Below are positions 1 through 8,800 of a DNA stretch of 64,000 bases, piece after piece. The first letter of the stretch is position 1. Every line of letters starts with the position of its first letter. Source of the DNA: Candidatus Wildermuthbacteria bacterium (GTDB taxonomy: Bacteria > Patescibacteriota > Minisyncoccia > Minisyncoccales > UBA10102); the NCBI GenBank assembly GCA_016203455.1, contig JACQMR010000015.1:137-64136 (forward strand). Direction: 5' to 3'. The translations under genes were made by a program, and so were the position numbers. Under the pieces are notes generated by a model. That model saw nothing but the letters and a program-made list of their open reading frames with translations, was not told the origin of the DNA and did not search any database.

Positions 1-139
1 AAGGAATAAAACTTTCGCGTCATAGAATCATGTTGGTTGGAAAGAAAGTTAAGGAATGAAAAATCAAAATACTAAAACTCAAGAAACTGCATACTAGTAA
101 ACTTCTTTAAACTAAGTTATCCACACGCCTTTGCTTATT

Positions 140-355
140 TCACGGTAATCTTAACATTGATTCTATTACCGAGAAAATTAACAAACTAACGCCACTACCA
201 ACGAAGACAAAATGTTCGTCTAATTGAACCCTCGCAAGATATTGCCCATAATCTGAGACTAAACCTCGAAACCTTTTTATGCCCCCGAAGTCAAAATATG
301 TAAAAGTATTATGTTTCAACATAAGATCAACAGCCTTTTTGTATATTGTAGGCAT
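140..355 (-). CDS. hypothetical small protein (71 aa)
   Basis: ORF track only; no motif recognised; divergent from the 473-4964 operon. Confidence 0.25.
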   Translation of the reverse strand: MPTIYKKAVDLMLKHNTFTYFDFGGIKRFRGLVSDYGQYLARVQLDEHFVFVGSGVSLLIFSVIESMLRLP

Positions 356-472
356 CCTGAAAATTCGGGTGTCATAATCTATACTCTCAAGCCTGCAGAG
401 TTGTCCGGATTAATCAAATATATCCTCGCATAGAAACATTCTTTTGTATCTTAAACGCCTTGGCATAAGAAT

Positions 473-1723
473 ATGAGTAATGTAAATAAGTTATATATGG
501 TCCAAAAAACAAATACCCTCATTGAGAAAGCTCGTAATGCATTATACTACAGGAAGCTGTGGGGTAGCGCGGCCATGTTTAAAGACTTTCCCTTAGCAAG
601 TAAAGACTTGTTTGATTCTCGAAAAATAAAAGAATCTTTGGCTGTGAACGAGGATCAAGTCGCATATTATTACTTTTCTGCCGGCACCACGAGCAATCCT
701 AAAATGATACCCTTTACTGAACATGAGTGGGTTGGGCGCGGAAAATATCGAAAAGAATGTTATGAAATCGCAACGATTAATAAGCGAGACAAGGTAGCTA
801 TACTTCTGCCCTTTGGCCCATGGGTAGCAGGTCCATCAGCGCAAACAGCGCTTTTTATGCTAGGGTGTACCGTATTCCCAATGGGTTTACTAAGTAATAT
901 TGATGAGATTAGGGAACGATTCTCGATTTTTCAAAAACACAACATTGGTGTTGTCATTACAACACCTAGTTTCGCGCAAAGATTACTCTACGTAAACGAA
1001 ATGCTCGGGCGCGAAACACGCATTAAAAAAATTATTACTTCTGGAGAATATATTAGCGACACCTTAAGAGAAAAACTCCATGATTCTTTTGGAGCCACTG
1101 TATACTCGTCGTACGCTTCAAGCGAAAGCTTTATCGGCATTGAATGCTCTATTCATAACGGGTTCCATTTCGATCCAAAACAGCTGATCGTGGAAACGAT
1201 AGACCAGCACACCTACCTGCCCACTCGAGGCGTGGGACTTCTTGTTATCACTTCGCTCGTTTCAGAAGCCATCCCCCTGATCCGTTATCCGTTAGGGGAT
1301 CTTGGCTTGATTGATTATGCCCAATGCCCTTGTGGGAGAAGTTGGCCAAGGATAATATGGGAAGGAAGAGTCCAAGAAACTTTTAAGGTTTCCGGCGGTG
1401 TCAAAGTACATTCATATCAGATTCGTGAGGCACTTTCAAAAAGCCATATTCCAATATGCCGGTGTAAAATAGAAGTATCGGACAACGAAATGGGAGAAAG
1501 TTTTGTAGTATTCAATCTTTACACGGCAACTGAAATCGGTACGCAAAAGCATGTATTGCTGGAAGAACTTTCCAGTTTATTGACCAATATGTCTATAGAT
1601 TTTAGCGATGTAGTGTATCATAAAATCGTACGCATGAGCATCGGTTTGATGTATGAAGAAAATGCGAAAAAAAATATGAAAATAAAGATAGAGGTGCTCG
1701 ACAAACAAAAGTATGCTAGATAG
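473..1723 (+). CDS. PaaK-like adenylate-forming enzyme (phenylacetate-CoA ligase / coenzyme F390 synthetase family)
   Basis: SAGTTSNPK adenylation motif, TSGEYIS, IRYPLGDLG, CPCGR, typical PaaK-family layout; 11-nt overlap with next ORF. Confidence 0.75.
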   Translation: MSNVNKLYMVQKTNTLIEKARNALYYRKLWGSAAMFKDFPLASKDLFDSRKIKESLAVNEDQVAYYYFSAGTTSNPKMIPFTEHEWVGRGKYRKECYEIATINKRDKVAILLPFGPWVAGPSAQTALFMLGCTVFPMGLLSNIDEIRERFSIFQKHNIGVVITTPSFAQRLLYVNEMLGRETRIKKIITSGEYISDTLREKLHDSFGATVYSSYASSESFIGIECSIHNGFHFDPKQLIVETIDQHTYLPTRGVGLLVITSLVSEAIPLIRYPLGDLGLIDYAQCPCGRSWPRIIWEGRVQETFKVSGGVKVHSYQIREALSKSHIPICRCKIEVSDNEMGESFVVFNLYTATEIGTQKHVLLEELSSLLTNMSIDFSDVVYHKIVRMSIGLMYEENAKKNMKIKIEVLDKQKYAR

Positions 1724-2843
1724 CGACATAAAAACGACTCTTACGAGGCTAAAGAGTACTAAGATATATGGAAACTTGTATGATGGCATAGACGATGTTC
1801 ATGATTTTACTCAAATTCCTTTTCTGGACGAAAGCAGAATTCGCAACGCTGATTTTGGTTCTCTCAAAAAAGAAGACAAAGGTTTATATGTATATTTTAC
1901 GAGCGGAACCACTTCTAAACCGAAGGCAATCTATTATAATGCAGATTCCATAGAATATGCTACGGAATATCTTAAATGGTTTTGCGAAATAGAAGGAATA
2001 GCCGAAAAAGAAAGGGTTGTTGTGCTAATGGACCAGTATTTCTGGGGTGTAGGATATTTTACTACCCAAGGACATGTACGCGCAGGGAATACCGTTATCC
2101 CAATTGATACAGATTTACCCAGAGAAGTAATAGGAGATCTTATAAAAGCTTCCCATCCTACCGTCATTTCGTCACTTCCATCGGTTCTCATCGAGCTCAA
2201 AGATGTCTTAAGGAGTCCAGATGTCAAAATATTGGAAACAACTGGCGAACTTCTAGCAAAACAGACGAGGCGCGAAATAGAAACATACTTCAACGCCGAA
2301 ATATTTGATGCTTATGGATTGACGGAAGGAATTATAGGGGTAGAATGTCGTTTCCATGACGGCTACCATTTTTTGCCGAACAAAGCTTATCTGGAGATAA
2401 TAGATCTAGAAACGGATAAGGTACTGCAAGAGGATAAATGGGGCGAGCTCGCAATAACTACTTTTTCTCATGCCGTTACCCCGATTACTAGGTATAAAAC
2501 AAAAGACATATGCAAAATATCTCAAAAAAAGTGTCCTTGCGGAGATAAAAGTCCAAGGGTTTGGGTAAAGGGAAGGAACCAAGAAACAATTCTTTTGCAC
2601 GAGGGTTCAGAATTGGCAGTCAAAGATTTAGAAGCCATCATTTCTAAAGTTTATGGCAAATTAATCAAACATAAGATCGATTTCCAAAAAGAGGGTAGTA
2701 CAACTATCTTGCGAATTTGGACTATCGATACTGACGCCGAAAAGACCAAACTGATGAAATCAAAAATAGTTAACTTCAATTACGAAACAATGCACCTCTC
2801 AAAACGGAACAAATTGCGCGTTGTTATTAACGGCGAAGTATGA
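1713..2843 (+). CDS. PaaK-like adenylate-forming enzyme, paralogue of the preceding gene
   Basis: TSGTTSKPK, AYGLTEG, ITRYKTKDI, CPCGD; ATGA overlap with next ORF. Confidence 0.75.
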   Translation: MLDSDIKTTLTRLKSTKIYGNLYDGIDDVHDFTQIPFLDESRIRNADFGSLKKEDKGLYVYFTSGTTSKPKAIYYNADSIEYATEYLKWFCEIEGIAEKERVVVLMDQYFWGVGYFTTQGHVRAGNTVIPIDTDLPREVIGDLIKASHPTVISSLPSVLIELKDVLRSPDVKILETTGELLAKQTRREIETYFNAEIFDAYGLTEGIIGVECRFHDGYHFLPNKAYLEIIDLETDKVLQEDKWGELAITTFSHAVTPITRYKTKDICKISQKKCPCGDKSPRVWVKGRNQETILLHEGSELAVKDLEAIISKVYGKLIKHKIDFQKEGSTTILRIWTIDTDAEKTKLMKSKIVNFNYETMHLSKRNKLRVVINGEV

Positions 2844-4018
2844 ACTTACACTTTCTGTGGAGAGAACATTATGTGGATTATCTTTGGGCGAGCAATGTTA
2901 CGGCGCAAGCGTACTTTTTGCATAGCGGCGTGTTGCTTTATGAAGATGGTGTTTTGACCGCCTATGCCTCTGATCAAGAATTAAAAACAGTTCAGAAGAC
3001 GACCGCTCATCTCATAAAAAATCCAAAGAAGATACTGCAGCTTAAAAAGGAATTTCAAAAGATGCGAGAAAAGACAAACAAAATGTCTCCTCGTTATACA
3101 AAGCAAAATATACAAAAAGTCGCAAGCAAAGAGCTGTATAAGTTATTCCTTGAGTTGCTATCTCTCATTCAGGAAATGATAGTGACCTACCGGCTTACGG
3201 AGCCGCACTTTGTTAAGCATATTGAAGAGATGGCCTTGAATGCCGTGCATTCCAAGCTAGTACACTACAAAAATCCGGGAAAACTTTTTTCGCGCATAGT
3301 AGCAGACAAAAGCTGCCTTCTTTCCAAAAAATACGGAATCGACACAGAAGGATTAAAGCTGATAAAGCTTATGCATCGCGTTGCCCAAATGCGCTTTAAG
3401 GCAAAACGGACGAGTTTTTCTGTTGGCGATTATGCCGAATTGCTCTTGCGAGAAACAGCTAGAAGAACATATCTTGCAATTCCACAAGTATCAAATTTAC
3501 AACTACAAGAGCTTAAATCCCTACTTCTTGAAGGCAAAGAGCCGAATTTAACATCAGTCAATAAAAGACAGAAAAATTTCGCGCTTAAAATATGTATGGC
3601 GGAATCCCCGCATGCGAAAGAAGTGTCAAATACGGAACTCCAGAATCTCATTCGTTATGAACGCGATCAATCCCGGGTAACTTCTTTCAAAGGGTCAATA
3701 GCCTATCCAGGAAAAGTGGTGGGCGTGGCGCGTGTTTTGCCGCTCATATCAACAACTCACGAGTACAAACAATATATGTGTAGTCTTAAAAAAACGGATA
3801 TTCTCATTGCTCCCATGACCGCGCCAAGCCTCACGCGGGCATTTTCTATAGTCAAAGCAGTGGTGACTGACGAAGGGGGATTAATGTCTCATGCATCCTT
3901 AATAGCAAGAGAAAAACAGATACCTTGTATTATTGGAACGAAAATCGCAACCCGTGCATTGCACGATGGAGATACAATAACAGTTGATGCAAATAGCGGC
4001 ATTGTAACAAAACATTAA
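2840..4018 (+). CDS. PEP-utilising-enzyme mobile (phosphohistidine swivel) domain protein with unassigned N-terminal ~280 aa
   Basis: C-terminus VTDEGGLMSHASLIAREKQIPCIIGT...DGDTITVDANSG matches the swivel His domain of PEP synthase/PPDK/rifampin phosphotransferase. Confidence 0.75.
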   Translation: MNLHFLWREHYVDYLWASNVTAQAYFLHSGVLLYEDGVLTAYASDQELKTVQKTTAHLIKNPKKILQLKKEFQKMREKTNKMSPRYTKQNIQKVASKELYKLFLELLSLIQEMIVTYRLTEPHFVKHIEEMALNAVHSKLVHYKNPGKLFSRIVADKSCLLSKKYGIDTEGLKLIKLMHRVAQMRFKAKRTSFSVGDYAELLLRETARRTYLAIPQVSNLQLQELKSLLLEGKEPNLTSVNKRQKNFALKICMAESPHAKEVSNTELQNLIRYERDQSRVTSFKGSIAYPGKVVGVARVLPLISTTHEYKQYMCSLKKTDILIAPMTAPSLTRAFSIVKAVVTDEGGLMSHASLIAREKQIPCIIGTKIATRALHDGDTITVDANSGIVTKH

Positions 4019-4028
4019 AAAACTATCT

Positions 4029-4964
4029 ATGTTTACGGTCGCATTAGAGCAAAAAAATATTAACCGTGAAGCCCTCAAACATATAGGAGGAAAAGCCCTT
4101 CCGCTTTTTGAGTTGCGCGTATATAAAATTCCTGTACCAAAGGGGTTTGCAATAACCACGAAAGCATACGGCCTTTTCTTAGAAGCAAACGGCATCACAA
4201 ATGACATAAAAAAGCTTTCTCAAGTGAAATCTCATCCTGCTATTCAAAAAAAAGTAGCAAAAATCAGGAATTCTATTCTTAATGGCAATATCCCAAAAGA
4301 GATGGAGTTTGAGCTACATGACCGCCTTGCGCAGTACGGATTAAAACACTATGTGGTAAGATCCTCGGCAAATGTGGAAGATGCGGGCACAAAATCATGG
4401 GCCGGCGCGTTTGAGAGTTATTTGAATATCCCGCAAAAAGATGTTCTCAGCGCTGTAAAACAATGCTGGGCTTCTGTATTTAATGACAGGGTTATCCATT
4501 ACATAAACAATATAAAGCGGCTTGCGTCCATAAAAATGGCTGTAATCGTTCAAGAATATATCGACAGCGATATCTCGGGCGTATGCTTTACCAGAAACCC
4601 CCTTGACTCAAAAGATAACAATATCTTGATAGAAGCAGTGTTCGGGCTCGGAGAACTTCTTGTTCAGGGCGAAATAATACCAGACAAATATAAAGTAGAG
4701 CGGGAGAGCAACATTATTCTTGAGGCTGATGTGCAAGAACAAAACAGAGCTACCAAGGCAGCAAAAAACAGCGGTACAAAATTGGTATCCATGCAAAAAA
4801 GTTTGAAACAAAAACTCTCTGGAAGACAAATCATCGAGTTGGCAAATATAGCTCAAAAAATAGAGCGCATTCACGGCAAAGGGTGCGATATTGAGTGGTG
4901 CAGAAAAGATGATGTATTCTATATTGTACAATCTCGGCCCATTACTACTAATCGGAAAAGATAG
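4029..4964 (+). CDS. PEP/pyruvate-binding (PPDK_N, ATP-grasp) domain protein
   Basis: GGKALPLFEL, VVRSSANVEDAGTKSWAGAFESYLN, MAVIVQEYI, DIEW... typical of the N-terminal nucleotide-binding domain of PEP synthase family. Confidence 0.75.
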   Translation: MFTVALEQKNINREALKHIGGKALPLFELRVYKIPVPKGFAITTKAYGLFLEANGITNDIKKLSQVKSHPAIQKKVAKIRNSILNGNIPKEMEFELHDRLAQYGLKHYVVRSSANVEDAGTKSWAGAFESYLNIPQKDVLSAVKQCWASVFNDRVIHYINNIKRLASIKMAVIVQEYIDSDISGVCFTRNPLDSKDNNILIEAVFGLGELLVQGEIIPDKYKVERESNIILEADVQEQNRATKAAKNSGTKLVSMQKSLKQKLSGRQIIELANIAQKIERIHGKGCDIEWCRKDDVFYIVQSRPITTNRKR

Positions 4965-5311
4965 TACACAGGTTAAATTGACGAGATACCATATTTATGG
5001 CAAAAAACTACTGCCTACTCATGAAGAGTGGGGTTCTTTGTATAGAGATGCTGATTGGAGAGGACGCATTTTTTAAAACAAGGGAAGAAATTGGAAAAAG
5101 CTCATCTCTTCGGGAGATTCTGACAGGATTTACATGAAAAAAAGAATCTCCGAATGAAACGCGAGACAATACGCCTATCCAGTGTCTCATTTGTCTTGTC
5201 CTAGTAGTAGAACTTCGTTCACTGGGGGACAGGTTTTGTGCTAAAATAGACCCGACCGAGACGGGTCAGGGGAGTATCCTTTAAAGTCCTCAAAATCCCT
5301 CTTATGCAGGA

Positions 5312-5332
5312 TGTGCAAGTCCGACTTGCACA
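5312..5332. repeat. palindromic hairpin element, copy 1 (TGTGCAAGTC-N-GACTTGCACA)
   Basis: 10-bp perfect inverted repeat; same core at 6614, 18146, 20195. Confidence 0.7.
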
Positions 5333-5383
5333 GCTTACACACTAATTGAAAAGAAAAATCGCCTGACGCCTATTTTCCTTTTT

Positions 5384-5641
5384 ATGAAATTCCATGTGTA
5401 TATCGTTGAGTGCGCCGACCAATCGTTGTATACCGGATGCGCGAATAATCTTGCCAAGCGGCTCAAAGAACACAATCAATCAAAGAGGGGAGCTCGATAT
5501 ACAAAAGCCAGGCGGCCGGTTATGTTAAAATATACCGAGGCGTTTACCAATATAAAAGATGCCAGGAAACGCGAGGCGGAAATAAAACGCTGGTCCAGAA
5601 AAAAGAAGCTCAACCTGATCACATTCAAATCCCCATCTTGA
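5384..5641 (+). CDS. GIY-YIG nuclease family protein
   Basis: FHVYIVEC..SLYTGCANNLAKRLKEHN...REAEIKRW, classic short GIY-YIG (URI) domain. Confidence 0.8.
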   Translation: MKFHVYIVECADQSLYTGCANNLAKRLKEHNQSKRGARYTKARRPVMLKYTEAFTNIKDARKREAEIKRWSRKKKLNLITFKSPS

Positions 5642-5684
5642 AAACAGAACTCAACCAATAGAAAATCTGATTTTTATTCATACT

Positions 5685-6131
5685 ATGGCAAAAGAAAGAT
5701 TTAAAATAACACCTGCGGTATACTTGGTGTTAATCAAAGAAAATGAAATTCTTCTTTCCAAAAGATATAACACAGGATATTTTGACGGGTATTACAGTTT
5801 TCCGGCAGGACATCTTGATGGCGGTGAAACACTCACGCAAGCCATGGTGAGGGAAGCAAAAGAAGAAGCGGGGATTGATATTACGCCAGAAAACTTACGC
5901 CTTGTTCATACTATGAACAAATTAGTCCCGGGCAACGAACGGATTGATTTCTTTTTTACAACCGAAAAATGGCGAGGCGAACCAAAAAACATGGAACCGG
6001 AAAAGTGCAGTGATCTTAGCTGGTTTGGCCTCAACACCCTGCCCGAAAACATTATTCCCTACATACAACAGGCGATTGACTGCGTTATGAAAAACATACC
6101 ATACAGCGAACGGGAAGGTACGGAGCAATAA
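5685..6131 (+). CDS. NUDIX hydrolase
   Basis: Nudix box GHLDGGETLTQAMVREAKEEAGI. Confidence 0.85.
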   Translation: MAKERFKITPAVYLVLIKENEILLSKRYNTGYFDGYYSFPAGHLDGGETLTQAMVREAKEEAGIDITPENLRLVHTMNKLVPGNERIDFFFTTEKWRGEPKNMEPEKCSDLSWFGLNTLPENIIPYIQQAIDCVMKNIPYSEREGTEQ

Positions 6132-6149
6132 ATACAGAAAGCATCACAC

Positions 6150-6614
6150 ATGGACACAGAAGCATTGCGCGAATTTCTCATTGAAAGCAACAAGCAAGGA
6201 TACGCCGCGGGAAAAGAAATCACCACAGAACCAGACGGGTCTCATGCAATTTTCTTTGCGAAAGGGGATTGGAAATCGCATGACAACTTTTTTGGCGGGG
6301 AGCCCTATGGCGGGAGAATAGCGGTTTCTTACAAAGGAAAATCCGTATGGATAATGGTGTATTATGGACGGGTTATAGAAAACGAGAATCCAAACGCCAT
6401 ATACGCTGTCTTAAGAAATGCCCTCATGCGTATGCCCGAAGAACACCCCTTTAGAGGCCCCGAAAAATATGCCAAGGGAAACCTTGCATACACAAACTCC
6501 TGGACGGGCGTTCTGGAAAAATTCTCCGGAGAGGAACAAATCACGCGAGACGGAAAAGTCATATACGAAGCCCGCTATATGGGAGGACTTGTTGATCAAA
6601 GAGAAGGAATATGA
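6150..6614 (+). CDS. conserved hypothetical protein (154 aa)
   Basis: clean ORF with short gap to neighbours; no motif I can name with certainty. Confidence 0.5.
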   Translation: MDTEALREFLIESNKQGYAAGKEITTEPDGSHAIFFAKGDWKSHDNFFGGEPYGGRIAVSYKGKSVWIMVYYGRVIENENPNAIYAVLRNALMRMPEEHPFRGPEKYAKGNLAYTNSWTGVLEKFSGEEQITRDGKVIYEARYMGGLVDQREGI

Positions 6615-6640
6615 GCTGTGCAAGTCGGACTTGCACAGCT
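6614..6640. repeat. palindromic hairpin element, copy 2 (13-bp perfect stem)
   Basis: AGCTGTGCAAGTC-G-GACTTGCACAGCT, starts at the stop codon of the preceding ORF. Confidence 0.75.
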
Positions 6641-6707
6641 TGACAATAATTCAGGATTTGACAGATATCGCTTCCTCATATACTAGTAGAATCAGTTTTT
6701 AATCCAG

Positions 6708-7340
6708 ATGGCAAACAGGGGGGGGAGCATGTCATACGAACAATATGAACAAACTGCCGCAAGCATACAGATGATGGTTAGAGGGACTATCATCTACATA
6801 TCCGGCGGGGTTTATGATATTTTTCGCGGAGAAGGATCTCAAAGAAACCTCCAACTGCTAATAAACTCTTTTCCGACTCTTGCCGAACGCGCCGCACAAG
6901 CGCGAAAGCACGCCGTATCCTACAGGGGGTTCCATGTAGGTTGCGCGGCTTTAGCATCAAATCCCGAAGAAAAAGGGGCAGACCAGACCGCAATCTTCTT
7001 AGGGTGCAACGAAAAGACGGCGTCTGACGCGCAAACCGTCTGCGCGGAACGGGTGGCCGTGCAGAGCGCGTTGGCATGGGGATATCGCCACATTGTGGCA
7101 ATTGCAATTGAAGGCCCTCCCCAAGAAGACCACGGAAGCGGCATTAAAAGCCCAACTCTGCACCCCTGCAAAGATTGCCGCGCGGCATTCCAATATACTC
7201 CCAATGTATCCCCCAATACATATATAATCACACTCAATCCAATGAGCGGACAGGGGCAAATATGCCTCTTTCGCGAACTTATCCTAATTCACCACGGTCC
7301 AAACCATCTTCAATGGCACGCTCTTGGCCGCCCTACCTAA
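6708..7340 (+). CDS. cytidine/deoxycytidine deaminase-like zinc enzyme with N-terminal extension
   Basis: CAERVA (Zn ligand + catalytic Glu) and HPCKDCR (PCxxC) motifs; alternative ATG at 6729; locally GC-rich. Confidence 0.65.
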   Translation: MANRGGSMSYEQYEQTAASIQMMVRGTIIYISGGVYDIFRGEGSQRNLQLLINSFPTLAERAAQARKHAVSYRGFHVGCAALASNPEEKGADQTAIFLGCNEKTASDAQTVCAERVAVQSALAWGYRHIVAIAIEGPPQEDHGSGIKSPTLHPCKDCRAAFQYTPNVSPNTYIITLNPMSGQGQICLFRELILIHHGPNHLQWHALGRPT

Positions 7341-7401
7341 CAGAGGCGGCCGTTTTCTTTTGCTTCTTTTCATGCGTACCGCCCCCGTGATACAAAGAAC
7401 T

Positions 7402-7830
7402 ATGCAAAAGTACACGCTTGGATTCATTTTTACCCAAGACCTGTCCCGCGTGCTTCTTGTGGAAAAAAATAGGCCGGAATGGCAAAAAGGAAAACTTAAT
7501 GCCGTTGGCGGAAAAATAGAAACGGGAGAAGCAAGCATCGCGTGCGTAGTACGCGAAATTTTTGAAGAAACCGGACTTAAAACCACAGAAACCGACTGGA
7601 TATTCTTTGGAGAACTGCGTGGGAAAACATGGCAAGTGGACGCGTATGTTCTTTTGCACCAGGGCGACCCAAAAGACGCGGTGACAAAAACCGATGAAAA
7701 AATACAATGGTTTTCGGTGAAAGACATACCGGAACACGCGCTGGATAACATTCCCTGGCTTATTCATCTCGCGCTTGATAAGATACGGCATAACGAGTTT
7801 AAAAATTTCTTTATACAATATCACGCATAA
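7402..7830 (+). CDS. NUDIX hydrolase
   Basis: Nudix box GGKIETGEASIACVVREIFEETGL; start moved to MQKYTLGF (ORF track start 7324 overlaps previous gene). Confidence 0.8.
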   Translation: MQKYTLGFIFTQDLSRVLLVEKNRPEWQKGKLNAVGGKIETGEASIACVVREIFEETGLKTTETDWIFFGELRGKTWQVDAYVLLHQGDPKDAVTKTDEKIQWFSVKDIPEHALDNIPWLIHLALDKIRHNEFKNFFIQYHA

Positions 7831-7834
7831 AAAT

Positions 7835-8596
7835 ATGTTTGACCTCGCCAACAAAGTAGCAATGGTAACCGGCGCCAGAAGGGGAATGGGCAAGGCCCAC
7901 GCCTTAGCATTGGCCCGGCAAAAAGCCAGTGTTATTGTTACTGACATTAACAAAGACGAGTGCCAAAAGGTGGCAGATGAAATACAAGCCGGCGGGGGAA
8001 AAGCAATAGCTTTCCAGATGGATGTTACAAACGCAAAAGAAATACAAGCCGTCTTTCAAGAAGCGATAAGAGCATACGGGAAAATAGATATACTGGTGAA
8101 CAACGCGGGAATCTTTTTTCAAAAACCCGCGCTTGAACTCACGGAACAAGAATGGGATCAAACCTTGAACATCAACCTGAAAGGGCAGTTTCTGTGCGCC
8201 CGGCAGGCCGCGAAAGAAATGGCAAAACAAAAATGGGGCCGCATTATAAACATTGCTTCCATTGCTTCCGGGCAAGTTGGCATTGGGTTTGCGGGCGCGG
8301 CTCACTACGCGGCCTCAAAAGGCGGCATCATTGGCATGACAGAGTCCCTGGCCGCGGAATGGGCTTCTTTGGGCATTACCGTTAATGTCGTGGCTCCGGG
8401 GGCCATTGATACGCCCATGACTCCTGTGGCAGATATGTCAAAAACGGAATTGGATTCCATTATATCCAGAATCCCTATGAAAAGGGTGGGACAAGCCAAA
8501 GAAGTAGCGTCTCTCGTGGCATTTCTCGCCTCGGAAGAATCAAGCTACATAACCGGCTCCACCTTCTTTGCGGACGGCGGCTGGCTCGCTTCGTAG
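7835..8596 (+). CDS. SDR family oxidoreductase (FabG-like)
   Basis: TGARRGMGKA, NNAG, YAASKGG (YxxxK); start moved to MFDLANKVAMVTGA. Confidence 0.9.
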   Translation: MFDLANKVAMVTGARRGMGKAHALALARQKASVIVTDINKDECQKVADEIQAGGGKAIAFQMDVTNAKEIQAVFQEAIRAYGKIDILVNNAGIFFQKPALELTEQEWDQTLNINLKGQFLCARQAAKEMAKQKWGRIINIASIASGQVGIGFAGAAHYAASKGGIIGMTESLAAEWASLGITVNVVAPGAIDTPMTPVADMSKTELDSIISRIPMKRVGQAKEVASLVAFLASEESSYITGSTFFADGGWLAS

Positions 8597-8800
8597 AAAA
8601 TTCAAAAAATATCTTTTCGCGATATAACCGAACGCGTCTCGGCTTTTTTAGGTTCTCCGTTGTTATGGACTGTCTTAACAGCGGAAATTTGACGGGAATA
8701 TTAAAAACCTATATGGTATTATTCCAATAAAGTTATTGGAAGCACCTACCACAATGCAATATATACTGGCAAGGAAAACCCCTGACGCAAGGAGGAGTGT

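Noticed and set aside
4965-5311. About 350-bp non-coding gap after the dikinase operon as an ncRNA or decayed gene
   Set aside because: It holds only scattered short inverted repeats (for example GGAGATTCT/AGAATCTCC), with no closed architecture, promoter or terminator that I could support.
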